In this document: positions 25,591 through 34,548 of the stretch, piece by piece
Position numbering within the stretch: the stretch's first letter is position 1
Layout: every line of letters begins with the position of its first letter
From: Candidatus Methylomirabilota bacterium
Lineage (GTDB): Bacteria; Methylomirabilota; Methylomirabilia; Rokubacteriales; CSP1-6
Assembly: GCA_046726415.1 (NCBI GenBank)
Contig: JBKPAK010000254.1
Span: 1-36,616, forward strand
DNA: 36,616 nt
Reading direction: 5' to 3'
Notes under the pieces: generated by a model
The model's database searches: none
Seen by the model: only the letters and a program-made list of their open reading frames with translations
What the model was told of the DNA's origin: nothing
Made by a program: the position numbers and the translations under genes

Positions 25591-27514
25591 GATCTGCTCT
25601 CGGGATGGGGTGGGCATCGCCCCCGGCGAGGCGGCGGCTGGCCAGCAGCGAGCGGGGCTGGAACGCGTCGGGCCCGCGGCCGAGCTCGACCGTACCCTCG
25701 TCCAACAGACCGCGGTCGCCCGCCATCACCGTGGCGGCGAGGCGGTTCTTGCGCGCGTCGTCGTTGTCCCAGAGCTCGGCGAAGAGTCTCTGCACCTTGC
25801 GCCGGGCGTTTCGGCAGAACAGGTCCGCCAGCTCCCCCGCCCGCTCGGCGTCCGGATGGCCCTCGGCGAGCAGGGCGCGCGCATGGCTGATCGAGGCCGC
25901 CATCGCAAAGAGCTCCATCGCGATGTCGACGCAGCGGAAGAGGAACCCTTGCTTGCGCTCCATCGCCGCCCGGTAGGCCGCGATCCCGTGGAAGCTCTCG
26001 CGCGCGAGCTTGCGGCACCGGCGCTCGATGAAGCGCACGTGGGTGGCCAGCCGGCCGAAGTCGCCATAGCGGAGCGGCGTGGCCAATCCGGCGAGCCAGA
26101 GCGGCGGGTACCAGGCCGCGTAGAACCGCGCGATCCGGGGCAAGGCGGCCAGGCGCGCACCCGCGCCCTTTCTCGGGTCGGCCATAGCGCCGGCGATCTG
26201 CAGATGCGCGTCCACCGCCTCCCGGGCCATGAACAGATGCATGATCTCGCTCGAGCCCTCGAAGATCAGATTGATCCGGCAGTCGCGCAGCATCCGCTCG
26301 ACGCCGATGGGCGCTTCGCCCCGTCCGCGCAGCGAGCTCTCCGTTTCGTAGCCCCGCCCACCGCGAATCTGCAGGGTGCGGTCCACCAGCTCCCACGCCC
26401 GCACGGTGTTCCACTCCTTGGCCGCCGCCGCCTCCAGCCGGATGTCGTAGCCGCCCCGGTCCGCCATCTGACTGACCAGCCGCCACACCGAGTCCATGGC
26501 GAAGGCCGTGGCCGCGAGGTCGGCGATCTGATGCGAGATCGCTTCGTGCTTCCAGATCGGCACGCCCCATTGCTGGCGAACGGCGGTCCACCCGCGGCAG
26601 ATCTGAAGACAATGCTTGGCCAGCCCGGCCGCCCCCGCCGGCAAGGTCAGCCGGCCCGTGTTCAGGGTGGTCAGCGCGATCTTCAGGCCCTTGCCTTCCT
26701 CGGCGATCAGGTTCTCGCGCGGCACTCGAACCTGACGGAAGCCGATCACGGCGTTGCCCAGGGCCCGGAGCCCCATGAAGCGCGAGCGGTACTCGACGCT
26801 GACGCCGGGCCAGGCGGTCTCCACGACGAAGGCGCTGATCTTCTTCGTCTTGGGATCGCGCGCCATCACCACCAGCAGCTCGGCCAGGGTGCCGTTGGTG
26901 CACCAGAGCTTCTCGCCATCGAGCACCCACGCCTCTCCGTCCCACGTCGCCGTTGTGGTCAGGCTCGCCGGATCGGAACCCACGTGCGGCTCGGTGAGGG
27001 CGAAGGCCGAGATGGCGCCGGCCGCGCAGCGCGGCAGGTACTTCTTCTTCTGGGCCGGCGTGCCGAAGAGCTTGAGCGGCTGGGGCACGCCGATGGATTG
27101 ATGGGCCGACAACAGGGCCAGCACGTTGCTGTCGTAGCTCCCGATCATCTCCATCACCGCGCAGTACTCCGCCACCGTGAGCCCGAGGCCGCCGTACTCC
27201 TCGGGGATCTTCATCCCGAAGGCGCCGAGCTTGCGGAGACCGTCGATGACGTGCGGTGGGTACTCGCCCGTCTCGTCGATGGCGGCGGGATCGACGTGGT
27301 CGACGAGGAACCGCCTCAGCTCGCCGGCGAACTTCTGAAACGCTGGCCGTTCCTCCCTGGGGCGCGGGAAGGGGTGAATGAGATCGAGCTGAAGCTTGCC
27401 GAGAAAGAGGTCGCGCAGGAACCCCTTCCCCTCCCATTCGGCCTGGCGCGCCTGCTCGGCAACCTCACGGGACTCCGCCTCGGTGCTGACGTAGGTCTCA
27501 GTGGTCGTCGTCAT
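25580..27514 (-). CDS. Acyl-CoA dehydrogenase (long, VLCAD-like form)
   Basis: ATG 27514 after GAGG; AHQSIG, AFALTEP.VGSD, G.KLW.TNG, R.QWG..I, Q..GG.GY, RD.RI..IFEG..EI; C-terminal extension. Confidence 0.93.
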   Translation of the reverse strand: MTTTTETYVSTEAESREVAEQARQAEWEGKGFLRDLFLGKLQLDLIHPFPRPREERPAFQKFAGELRRFLVDHVDPAAIDETGEYPPHVIDGLRKLGAFGMKIPEEYGGLGLTVAEYCAVMEMIGSYDSNVLALLSAHQSIGVPQPLKLFGTPAQKKKYLPRCAAGAISAFALTEPHVGSDPASLTTTATWDGEAWVLDGEKLWCTNGTLAELLVVMARDPKTKKISAFVVETAWPGVSVEYRSRFMGLRALGNAVIGFRQVRVPRENLIAEEGKGLKIALTTLNTGRLTLPAGAAGLAKHCLQICRGWTAVRQQWGVPIWKHEAISHQIADLAATAFAMDSVWRLVSQMADRGGYDIRLEAAAAKEWNTVRAWELVDRTLQIRGGRGYETESSLRGRGEAPIGVERMLRDCRINLIFEGSSEIMHLFMAREAVDAHLQIAGAMADPRKGAGARLAALPRIARFYAAWYPPLWLAGLATPLRYGDFGRLATHVRFIERRCRKLARESFHGIAAYRAAMERKQGFLFRCVDIAMELFAMAASISHARALLAEGHPDAERAGELADLFCRNARRKVQRLFAELWDNDDARKNRLAATVMAGDRGLLDEGTVELGRGPDAFQPRSLLASRRLAGGDAHPIPRADHGA

Positions 27515-27545
27515 GATCGCCTCGATCTCCTCGATCGTTGCGTTG

Positions 27546-27561
27546 TGCACCGCACGTGCCA
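27546..27561 (-). promoter_or_regulatory. Sigma54 promoter of the acyl-CoA dehydrogenase-pha operon
   Basis: Minus strand TGGCACGTGCGGTGCA (GG-N10-GC), 32 nt before the ATG. Confidence 0.7.
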
Positions 27562-27633
27562 GCCCTCGCGATGAAGGAAAACCAAGCAAAAGCCGCCCGG
27601 CCCTCATCCGTCCGGCCTCGAGGATCGGGCGGC

Positions 27634-27677
27634 GACACCCGCGCTTCGGGTGTCACCACCCGACGGTCAGACGGGTG
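27634..27677. promoter_or_regulatory. Candidate upstream activator sequences (alternating CACCCG/CGGGTG half-sites)
   Basis: GACACCCG-N5-CGGGTGTC (27634-27654), CACCCG (27657-27662), CGGGTG (27672-27677). Confidence 0.45.
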
Positions 27678-27782
27678 CGCTTGTTTCGGACGCGAGTTAC
27701 GACGGACAATCCAGGTGAGGCGGACATCGCCCCGCCGGATGCAGTCCGGCACGGAACTGGCAGGCACCAGCCAGGAGGCGCG

Positions 27783-29177
27783 ATGAGGCATCGGATCCTG
27801 ATCGTCGACGACGACGCGGTCTTCGTGCGGCCGCTGCAGCGGACGCTCGAGTCCGAGGGCTACGAAGTGCGCGCGGTGACCAGCGGGGAGACCGCGCTGG
27901 AACGGCTTCGCCACGAGGATTTCGACCTCGTCATCACCGACAAGCGGCTACCCAAGATGGACGGCATCGAGGTCGTCCGGCAGATCAAGGGCGGTCATCC
28001 GGACATCGCGGTGGTCGTGATGACGGCCCACGCCACGGTCGAATCTGCGGTCGAGGCGCTCCGCCTGGGCGCCGTCGACTATCTCCTCAAGCCCTTCGAT
28101 CTGGCCGAGGCCGTCCTGGTCATCCGCCACGCCATGGAGCTGCAGGAGCTGCGCCTGGCCAAGGGCGCGCGCGTGCGGCGGAACCAGGAGCAGTTCAGCT
28201 TCGACCGGATCGTGGCCCAGAGCCAGAGCATGCGAGAGGTCTTTGAGCTCGCCCAGTCCGTCGTCGACCTCGACACCACCGTGCTGATCGACGGGGAGAC
28301 CGGCGTCGGCAAGGAGCTCCTGGCACGGGCCATCCACTTCTCGGGTAGTCGCCGCGACAAGCCGTTCCTGGCGGTGAACTGTGCGGCGGTGCCCGCCGAG
28401 CTCTTCGAGTCCGAGCTGTTCGGGTTCAGGAAAGGCGCCTTCACCGGCGCCACCGAGTCGCGGCGGGGCGTCTTCCAGCACGCCAATGGGGGCACCTTGC
28501 TCCTGGACGAGATCGGCGAGATGCCGCTGCACCTGCAGTCAAAGCTCTTGCGGGTCATCGAGGAGCGTCGCGTGATGCCGCTGGGGGCGGGCCAGCCCGT
28601 CGAGATCGACGTGCGAATCCTGGCCAGCACCAATCGAACCCTGCGGGTCGAGGTGGAGTTGGGGCGTTTCCGCGCCGACCTCTATTATCGGCTCGCCGTC
28701 ATGCCCATCCGCGTGCCGCCCTTGCGCGAACGGCCCGGCGATATCCCCCTGCTCGCCCAGCACTGTCTGGAATCGAGCGCGCGGCGCTGTAAGAAGCCCG
28801 TGCGCGCGATCGCGCCTGCCGCCATGCAGGCCCTGTGTCGCTACGCCTGGCCCGGCAACGTGCGGGAGCTGGAGAACGTCATCGAGCGCGCGGTCATCGT
28901 GGCCAAGGGGGACACGCTCATCGACGTCGACCGGTTCCTCTCCGGAAGCGCCGAACGCTCCCGCGTGGACGTCTCGCTCCAGTTCCACGAGGCCAAGGCG
29001 CGGGTAGTCGAGGAATTCGAGCGCGCCTACGTCGCCGGCGTGCTCGAAGCGCACGGCGACAAAGTGGGGCTGGCCGCGAAGCACGCCGGCCTGGACCCCA
29101 AGAACCTTTCCGCCAAGGCAGCGCGCTACGGATTGCGCAAGGGCACGGGGCACCGGAGCCCTGAGGCGGTTCGCTAG
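27783..29177 (+). CDS. Sigma54-dependent response regulator (NtrC/AtoC family: REC-AAA+-HTH)
   Basis: ATG 27783 after AGGAGG; ILIVDDD/D/K receiver residues; GETGVGKE; intact GAFTGA; LDEIGE; WPGNVREL.N. Confidence 0.95.
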   Translation: MRHRILIVDDDAVFVRPLQRTLESEGYEVRAVTSGETALERLRHEDFDLVITDKRLPKMDGIEVVRQIKGGHPDIAVVVMTAHATVESAVEALRLGAVDYLLKPFDLAEAVLVIRHAMELQELRLAKGARVRRNQEQFSFDRIVAQSQSMREVFELAQSVVDLDTTVLIDGETGVGKELLARAIHFSGSRRDKPFLAVNCAAVPAELFESELFGFRKGAFTGATESRRGVFQHANGGTLLLDEIGEMPLHLQSKLLRVIEERRVMPLGAGQPVEIDVRILASTNRTLRVEVELGRFRADLYYRLAVMPIRVPPLRERPGDIPLLAQHCLESSARRCKKPVRAIAPAAMQALCRYAWPGNVRELENVIERAVIVAKGDTLIDVDRFLSGSAERSRVDVSLQFHEAKARVVEEFERAYVAGVLEAHGDKVGLAAKHAGLDPKNLSAKAARYGLRKGTGHRSPEAVR

Positions 29178-30703
29178 CGCCCACCGCCCGCGGCGGGAAT
29201 CACCAGGCGGACCGACGTGCCCCGTCCGGGTGTGGAATCGATCTCGATCTGGCCGCCATGCAGATCCATGATCTTCTTCACGATCACCAAACCCAGGCCG
29301 GTGCCGGTGGCTTTGGTGGTGAAGAACGGCTGGAAGATCATCCCGCGCGCCGCCCCGCTGATCCCCTCGCCGGTGTCCGTGACCTCCACGACCGCGTGCC
29401 CTTCGCGGGGGTAGAGCGCCACCTCGACTCGCGCGTCGGGCAGCTGCTCGGTGGCCTCGAGGGCGTTCCGGATTACGTTGGTGAACGCGCGCCGCAGACG
29501 CTGCCCGTCCACGGTGACGCCGACGTCGCTGTCCAGCCCGCGCGTGACCAGCGCCACGCCTCGCTCCCGGGCCTTCTCGGCGTACGCCTCCACCGCGGGA
29601 CCGACGATCTCCCCGAGGCGGTACTCCTGGCGATCGAGGGGCATCCCCCGGGCATAGTCCACGAGATCGGTCACGATGGACTCGATCTCGGTCACCCCCG
29701 ACAGGATGGAGGCCGTCATCTCCTCGGTGATCCCGCTGTGGCCGTGGGACCGCGAGGGCAGGAATTGGGCCGCCATCTTGATGGCCCCGAGCGGGTTCCG
29801 GAGCTCGTGGGCCACCACGGCCGCCATCTCCCCGAGGGATGCAAGCTTGTCGCGTTCCATCAGCCGCTGCTGGGTGGCGACCAGCTCGGTCAGATCCCGG
29901 AGAGCGCCGACCGTTCCCAGCATCCCGCCGTCGGTCTCGAAGATGCACGACAGCGCCAGGTGCGCCGGGAAGCCTTCACCGTCGCGCGTGATCGCGGTGA
30001 CGCTGCCCCGCCAGGATCGCCCGGCCGCCACCGCCCCTTGGATCTCCGGCCCGACCCGGCGGCGATCGCCCTCGTCGAGGACATCCAGGTAATTCATCGG
30101 ATGAGCGGGCGCCTCGTAGCCCAGCCGCCGCCGCCCGGCTTGGTTCAGGGTCACGATCCGGCCATCGGGGTCACTGGTGAAGATGCAGTCCTCGGTGCTC
30201 TCGACCACCGAGGCCAGCAAGCGCTCGGCTCGGCCGAGCGAGCGCTGAAGCGCTTCCTGCGCCTGCCTGACGGCGCTGCGGTCCTCGGCGATCCAGATCG
30301 TCCCTTCGCCCGGGTCGCCGAGGTTCAGCACGTACCCGATGAGATTGACCCAGATGTCGGAGCCGTCCCAGCGACGCATGTAGAGCTCGGTCTGGAACGG
30401 CTTGCCCTGCGACAGCAGCGGTGCGGCCAGGCGGCCCAGGGCGTCGTATTCCTCATCGGACCGGTAGAGCACCCGGGCCGGCAAGCCGATGATGTCGTGG
30501 CCGACGTAGCCGTACATGTCGGCGAACTTCGGGTTGTAGCGGGTGATGCGGCGGTCGCGCGTGAAGACCATGCCGACGGAGGCGTTGCGCATGATCGCCT
30601 CCATCTCGCGCACGGTCTCGCGCAGTGACCGTTCGGCACGGCGGGACCGTCGGGTCCTTCGGGCCGCGTCGCCCACCGACTTCTTCGACGGCCGCCCAGC
30701 CAT
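29174..30703 (-). CDS. Soluble PAS-PAS sensor histidine kinase; start uncertain
   Basis: Two PAS/PAC-like units; LASLGEMAA.VAHELRNPL H-box; N, D.G.G, F.PFFTTK and GTGLGL boxes; no TM; stop overlaps the regulator stop (CTAG 29174-29177). Confidence 0.92.
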   Translation of the reverse strand: MAGRPSKKSVGDAARRTRRSRRAERSLRETVREMEAIMRNASVGMVFTRDRRITRYNPKFADMYGYVGHDIIGLPARVLYRSDEEYDALGRLAAPLLSQGKPFQTELYMRRWDGSDIWVNLIGYVLNLGDPGEGTIWIAEDRSAVRQAQEALQRSLGRAERLLASVVESTEDCIFTSDPDGRIVTLNQAGRRRLGYEAPAHPMNYLDVLDEGDRRRVGPEIQGAVAAGRSWRGSVTAITRDGEGFPAHLALSCIFETDGGMLGTVGALRDLTELVATQQRLMERDKLASLGEMAAVVAHELRNPLGAIKMAAQFLPSRSHGHSGITEEMTASILSGVTEIESIVTDLVDYARGMPLDRQEYRLGEIVGPAVEAYAEKARERGVALVTRGLDSDVGVTVDGQRLRRAFTNVIRNALEATEQLPDARVEVALYPREGHAVVEVTDTGEGISGAARGMIFQPFFTTKATGTGLGLVIVKKIMDLHGGQIEIDSTPGRGTSVRLVIPAAGGGR

Positions 30704-30911
30704 GGTCGCCGTCGAGCGTATGGCCACCCGCGTTTGGTTGTCAAAGCGCCGGCCGACGCTCGAGCGCCGCCGCCCATTGTCACCCCGACGATCGCGTGGA
30801 TAGAATGGCCCGACCCCCGAACGCCGCGCCGTCATAGTGAAGCTGGTGCGTGCCTGCTGATTGGTTTCGCGGTGGAGCCTCAGGACATCACGCAGCATAG
30901 TGTAGTAGTTT

Positions 30912-31242
30912 ATGAACATCGACTACCGCCTCTTCTGGCTGTGGCCCGCGCGGCTCTGGACGAGCTGGCGGTCGAGCCTCGTCATTGTCCAGCCTGCGAC
31001 AGTTCTCGCGTGGCACCGCTAAGGCTTCCAGTTCTCCTGGCGTTGGCAGTCCAGGCCGAACGCGGTCGGCCGCCCGCGCCTCGCCTCGGAGCTTCGCCAC
31101 CTGAGCCGCCAGATGGCTCGCGACAATCCAAGGTGGGGCCGCCGGCACATCCAGGCGGAACTCGCCCTCCTCGGCTACCACGTCGCCGCATTGACCATCG
31201 CCAAGATTACATGCAGCGGCCGTCGCCCACGTGGCGCGCCTT
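30912..31242 (+). mobile_element. Degenerate transposase fragment (HTH region of an integrase-core/DDE type IS)
   Basis: RLFW.W..RLW..W.SSL.IVQP.TV..WHR*GF...W...SR...GRP...MARDNPRWG...IQ.EL..LG; in-frame TAA at 31020-31022, frameshift before YM...PSPTWRA, truncated before the DDE core. Confidence 0.8.
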
Positions 31243-31362
31243 ATACTCAGTCCGGTCCGAGTAGCGCAGGAGAGAGTAACCCTCTGAGCACACCGGTGCA
31301 GAAAATATGGGGGTCAGCGACTGAGCAGAAACAGCATGGAATTACAGGCAAAAGTTTGCCGA

Positions 31363-31409
31363 GGCTCATAACCCAAAGGTCGCTGTTTCAAATCCAGCCC
31401 CCGCAACCA
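31363..31409 (+). other. 3' half of an initiator tRNA-fMet(CAT) gene; att-site remnant, not an intact tRNA
   Basis: GGCTCATAACCCAAAGGTCGCTGTTTCAAATCCAGCCCCCGCAACCA: CAT anticodon loop, T-arm with one mismatch, CCA end; no 5' acceptor or D-arm upstream. Confidence 0.88.
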
Positions 31410-31418
31410 TTGACGACG

Positions 31419-31458
31419 AGGGGTTAGCGGACGCAGCATCCGCTAGCCCCTTTCGTTT
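31419..31458 (+). terminator. Intrinsic terminator-like hairpin after the tRNA fragment
   Basis: AGGGGTTAGCGGA-CGCAGCA-TCCGCTAGCCCCT followed by TTCGTTT. Confidence 0.7.
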
Positions 31459-31478
31459 ACCCAGACTTCACCCAGGAA
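31459..31478 (+). repeat. 20-bp direct repeat, copy 1 (arm-type site candidate)
   Basis: ACCCAGACTTCACCCAGGAA; ACCCAG units 11 bp apart. Confidence 0.85.
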
Positions 31479-31615
31479 GCGGCCGAAGCGAACGTGATCA
31501 GCGACGAGCCGCCGGCGATCGCGGTCACGATGCCACTGGCGATCCCGGCCCGAACATCAGCGCCACAGCCGCCCCGTCCATGAGCCCCCAGCCTACCGGC
31601 TTGCCCGCGGGTGTT

Positions 31616-32863
31616 CTACGCCGGCCGCCGGCCCACGGTCTGACGGGCCGAGGGCCGCCCTGGCCCGAGCACAACCAGGGCGGCCGCGACCGCCTGAAGC
31701 GCCGCGCACGCGCCGAGGGCGGTCCCGTAGCCTCCGCTCCAGTCGCGCACGACGCCGACCAGCGATGGCCCGAAGGCGAACGTGAACTGATTGATGCCGA
31801 CCACGAGCCCGACGAGGGCCGCGAATCCCTCGCGCGGCCACTCGACGGCCAGGATCAGTCCCGGCAGCGTCGTCAAGTTGCCGACGCCTAGCCCGAACAG
31901 CGCGCAGCCGGCATAGGCGATCGCCGGCGACGGCGCCGACGCCAGCAGTCCCACACCGACGATCTGGACGGCGAGCGTCGCGCACGAGACCAGCCGGCGA
32001 TCGAGCCGGTCGACCACGACGCCCACTGCCAGCCGACCGAGCAGCGCGGCGGCGGTTGTCGCGCTCACAGCGCGCGCCCCTCCACCCGGCCCGAGCGTGG
32101 GGGAGACGAGCGCCACGAGGTGCGTGAGCACCCCGACCTGCGCTGCGAGGCCCAGCGCGAACGGCGCCGACACGCTCCAGAACCGCCACGTCCGCACCGC
32201 CGCGGCGCGCCAGCCTTTCGGGAGGCTCGCCGGCGGCGTGGCCGGTTGTGATCTCATCGGATCGCCGTCGGGGCCGAGCCCGAGATCTTCGGGACCGCGG
32301 CGCATCACGCCGATCGCGACCGGGACGAGCACGATCACTAGGGCGAGCGCGGCGGCACCGAGCGCGGGCGTGAAGCTTGTCAACCCGATGAGCACGATCA
32401 GCCCCGGCGCGACGATCACGCCGCCGAGCGTCGCGCCGTTGAACGCCAGGCTGACGGCGAGGCCGCGACGCCGCTGAAACCACGGCGCGAGCACGATGTT
32501 GATCGCGGCACCGCTCATCGCGCCCCAGCCCACCGACATCACCAGAAATGCGGGATAGAGCTGCCATGGCCTGCCCACGACACCGAGCAGTGCGACACCG
32601 ATCGCCATCGCGACGGTGCCGACCGTCACGACGAGGCGCGGCCCGAGCCGCGCGTAGAGGTCGCCGGCGACGGTGCTCAGCAGCGCGCCGGCGACGTAGT
32701 ACACCGTGACCGGCGCCGAGACGGTAGACGCGGACCACCCGTGCAGGCGCTGCAGCGCCGCGACGTAGACGCTGAGGCCGTAGAAGCCCAGGCCGAAGCT
32801 AAGCAGCGCCATCACGAACGTCGCGCCCACGACGTTCCATCCGTAGAAATATCGCGCGCCCAT
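31616..32863 (-). CDS. MFS transporter
   Basis: YGW.VV N-terminus, about 12 hydrophobic segments, WF.RRRGLA.SLA..G, G...DR..RR. Confidence 0.9.
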   Translation of the reverse strand: MGARYFYGWNVVGATFVMALLSFGLGFYGLSVYVAALQRLHGWSASTVSAPVTVYYVAGALLSTVAGDLYARLGPRLVVTVGTVAMAIGVALLGVVGRPWQLYPAFLVMSVGWGAMSGAAINIVLAPWFQRRRGLAVSLAFNGATLGGVIVAPGLIVLIGLTSFTPALGAAALALVIVLVPVAIGVMRRGPEDLGLGPDGDPMRSQPATPPASLPKGWRAAAVRTWRFWSVSAPFALGLAAQVGVLTHLVALVSPTLGPGGGARAVSATTAAALLGRLAVGVVVDRLDRRLVSCATLAVQIVGVGLLASAPSPAIAYAGCALFGLGVGNLTTLPGLILAVEWPREGFAALVGLVVGINQFTFAFGPSLVGVVRDWSGGYGTALGACAALQAVAAALVVLGPGRPSARQTVGRRPA

Positions 32864-32972
32864 CCGCGACGTCGACGCTACGCGAGGCGCCCACGCGCGT
32901 CTCGCCGTTTTCGGACCTCATCGTCCGGGCGCCCGAGCGTTCGAGCGCGCGCGTGCTACGCTCGGCGTTGCC

Positions 32973-33563
32973 ATGAGCACGAGCCTCGCACTCGACCGAG
33001 CCCGCTGCGACCGCGCCCGGCGCGCAAGAGATCCGAAGTTCGACGGCCGATTCTTCACCGGCGTCCTGACGACGCGGATCTATTGTCGGCCGACCTGCCC
33101 GGTGAAGCCCGCCAAGTCCCGCAACGTCGTGTTCTTCGCGACGGCGGCCGCCGCCGAGCGGGCGGGGTTCCGTCCCTGCCTGCGCTGTCGCCCCGAAGCG
33201 GCGCCGGGAACGCCAGCCTGGCGCGGCGCCGCGGCGACGGTGACGCGCGCGTTCAGGCTGATCGAGGGCGGCTTTCTCGACGACGGCAAGCGCGTGGGAG
33301 ATCTGGCCGAGACACTCGGCATGACGAGCCGACATCTGAGCCGCCTCTTTGCCGAGCACGCGGGCGCGTCACCGTCGGCGGTCGCGGCGACCCGTCGCGT
33401 ACAGCGCGCGAAGCGGCTGGTCGACGAGTCGGCGCTGCCGATGGCGGCGATCGCCTTCGCGGCCGGCTTTCGCAGCATCCGCCGCTTCAACGCGGCGTTT
33501 CGCGCCGTGTACCGACGGCCGCCGAGCGCGCTCCGCGGCGCGAAGCGGTCCGCGCGCCCGTAG
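32973..33563 (+). CDS. AdaA-like methylphosphotriester repair/AraC-type regulator (Ada Zn domain plus HTH)
   Basis: RD..FDG.FF.GV.TT.IYCRP.C, GFRPC.RC.P; AraC HTH (S.RHL.RLF, AFAAGF.S.RRFN..F). Confidence 0.9.
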   Translation: MSTSLALDRARCDRARRARDPKFDGRFFTGVLTTRIYCRPTCPVKPAKSRNVVFFATAAAAERAGFRPCLRCRPEAAPGTPAWRGAAATVTRAFRLIEGGFLDDGKRVGDLAETLGMTSRHLSRLFAEHAGASPSAVAATRRVQRAKRLVDESALPMAAIAFAAGFRSIRRFNAAFRAVYRRPPSALRGAKRSARP

Positions 33564-33745
33564 CGTCCTCGCGCTCGCGCTGGCGGGACAGCGTGAACGC
33601 GAAGGGCCCGGCCGTTAATTCCCTTGCAGTAGGGCCGGCCAGGTACGTCAGCTGGCGAGGGTGCGCGACGAAGCGCGTTCGAGCCAATTTGCGCGGCGGC
33701 ATCACCGGCAGTAGATTGTCGTCGTGATCACGATGGTGACCCGTC

Positions 33746-34399
33746 GTGTCAGCACACCGGCGGACACCCCGGGACGAACGACGCCGCCGTCTCGGTCAGA
33801 ACTTCCTTCGTCCTGAGTTCGCTGATCGCCTGGTCGCCGAGGCCGACTTCCGGCCGGGTGAGCTGGTCGTGGAGATCGGCGCAGGACTCGGAGCGATCAC
33901 GATCGCGCTCGCCCACCGAGGGATCGACGTAGTGGCGGTCGAGGTTGATCCGATCTGTGTTCAGCGGCTCCGCGCCAGCATCCGTTGGGTGGGACATGTG
34001 CGGGTCGTGGAGGCTGATTTCCTAACATTCGCCCTGCCGACGCGACCGTTTCGGGTGATCGGGTCTCTTCCTTTCGGAGCGACGACGGAGATCCTGCGCC
34101 GCCTCCTCGACGACCCGAGGGTACCGCTCAAGCGGGCCCACGTCATCGTCCAGTGGGAAGTGGCCTGTAAGCGGGCAGCCGTACCCCCATCCACGCTGCT
34201 CTCGACCGTCTGGGCGCCGTGGTGGGAGTTCCAGCTCGGCCGCAGGATTCCAGCGGCGCAGTTCCGACCAGTCCCACAGGTCGATGCTGGCGTGCTGGTC
34301 GTGACCCGTCGGGGCCGCCCGATACTGCCGCCGGATATGGCCACCCCGTGGGCCGCCTTTGTACGATCGCATTGGCCCTTCGATCGAGCATCAGTTTGA
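33746..34399 (+). CDS. rRNA adenine-N6 methyltransferase, Erm/KsgA family, Erm-like short form
   Basis: RRRLGQNFL, VVEIGAG.G.IT, AVE.D, .DFL, V.GSLPF, Q.EVA.KR, F.P.P.VDAGVL; 217 aa. Confidence 0.85.
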   Translation: MSAHRRTPRDERRRRLGQNFLRPEFADRLVAEADFRPGELVVEIGAGLGAITIALAHRGIDVVAVEVDPICVQRLRASIRWVGHVRVVEADFLTFALPTRPFRVIGSLPFGATTEILRRLLDDPRVPLKRAHVIVQWEVACKRAAVPPSTLLSTVWAPWWEFQLGRRIPAAQFRPVPQVDAGVLVVTRRGRPILPPDMATPWAAFVRSHWPFDRASV

Positions 34400-34548
34400 T
34401 GACGAGCCTCACGCTGCCGCCGAACAACCCGCCGGCGCGGGTCCCGGTCTCGGTCAGCCGGCGACCGCGCGCGAGGACACCTCATCAGGCCCGCGGTGTT
34501 GACGAGAGATCTCGGCTAACTTTCTGAAGGACTTATACTTCCCTCGCC

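Noticed and set aside
25389-27574. Long alternative-frame and antisense ORFs (682 aa, 661 aa; likewise 16992-18599, 28539-29948, 13788-15035)
   Set aside because: Shadow ORFs expected in high-GC coding DNA; Arg/Pro/Gly-rich with no motifs, and they overlap well-supported genes
30704-30919. N-terminal extension of the histidine kinase to 30919 (similarly the upstream extensions of ORFs 3806-5203, 7067-8371, 11427-12089, 22522-23532, 27501-29177)
   Set aside because: Extensions are low-complexity or overlap neighbouring features; downstream starts have RBSs, coupled stops or match domain boundaries
30890-30920. dif/Xer-like site (GCATAG-TGTAGTAGT-TTATGAAC)
   Set aside because: The spacer is 9 nt rather than 6 and the XerD arm matches poorly; too weak to call
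31330-31409. Intact tRNA-fMet gene
   Set aside because: The 5' acceptor strand and D-arm are absent and the T-stem has a mismatch; recorded as an att remnant instead
33724-33816. Erm attenuation leader peptide
   Set aside because: The out-of-frame ORF runs well into the gene, with no recognisable stalling motif or attenuator hairpins
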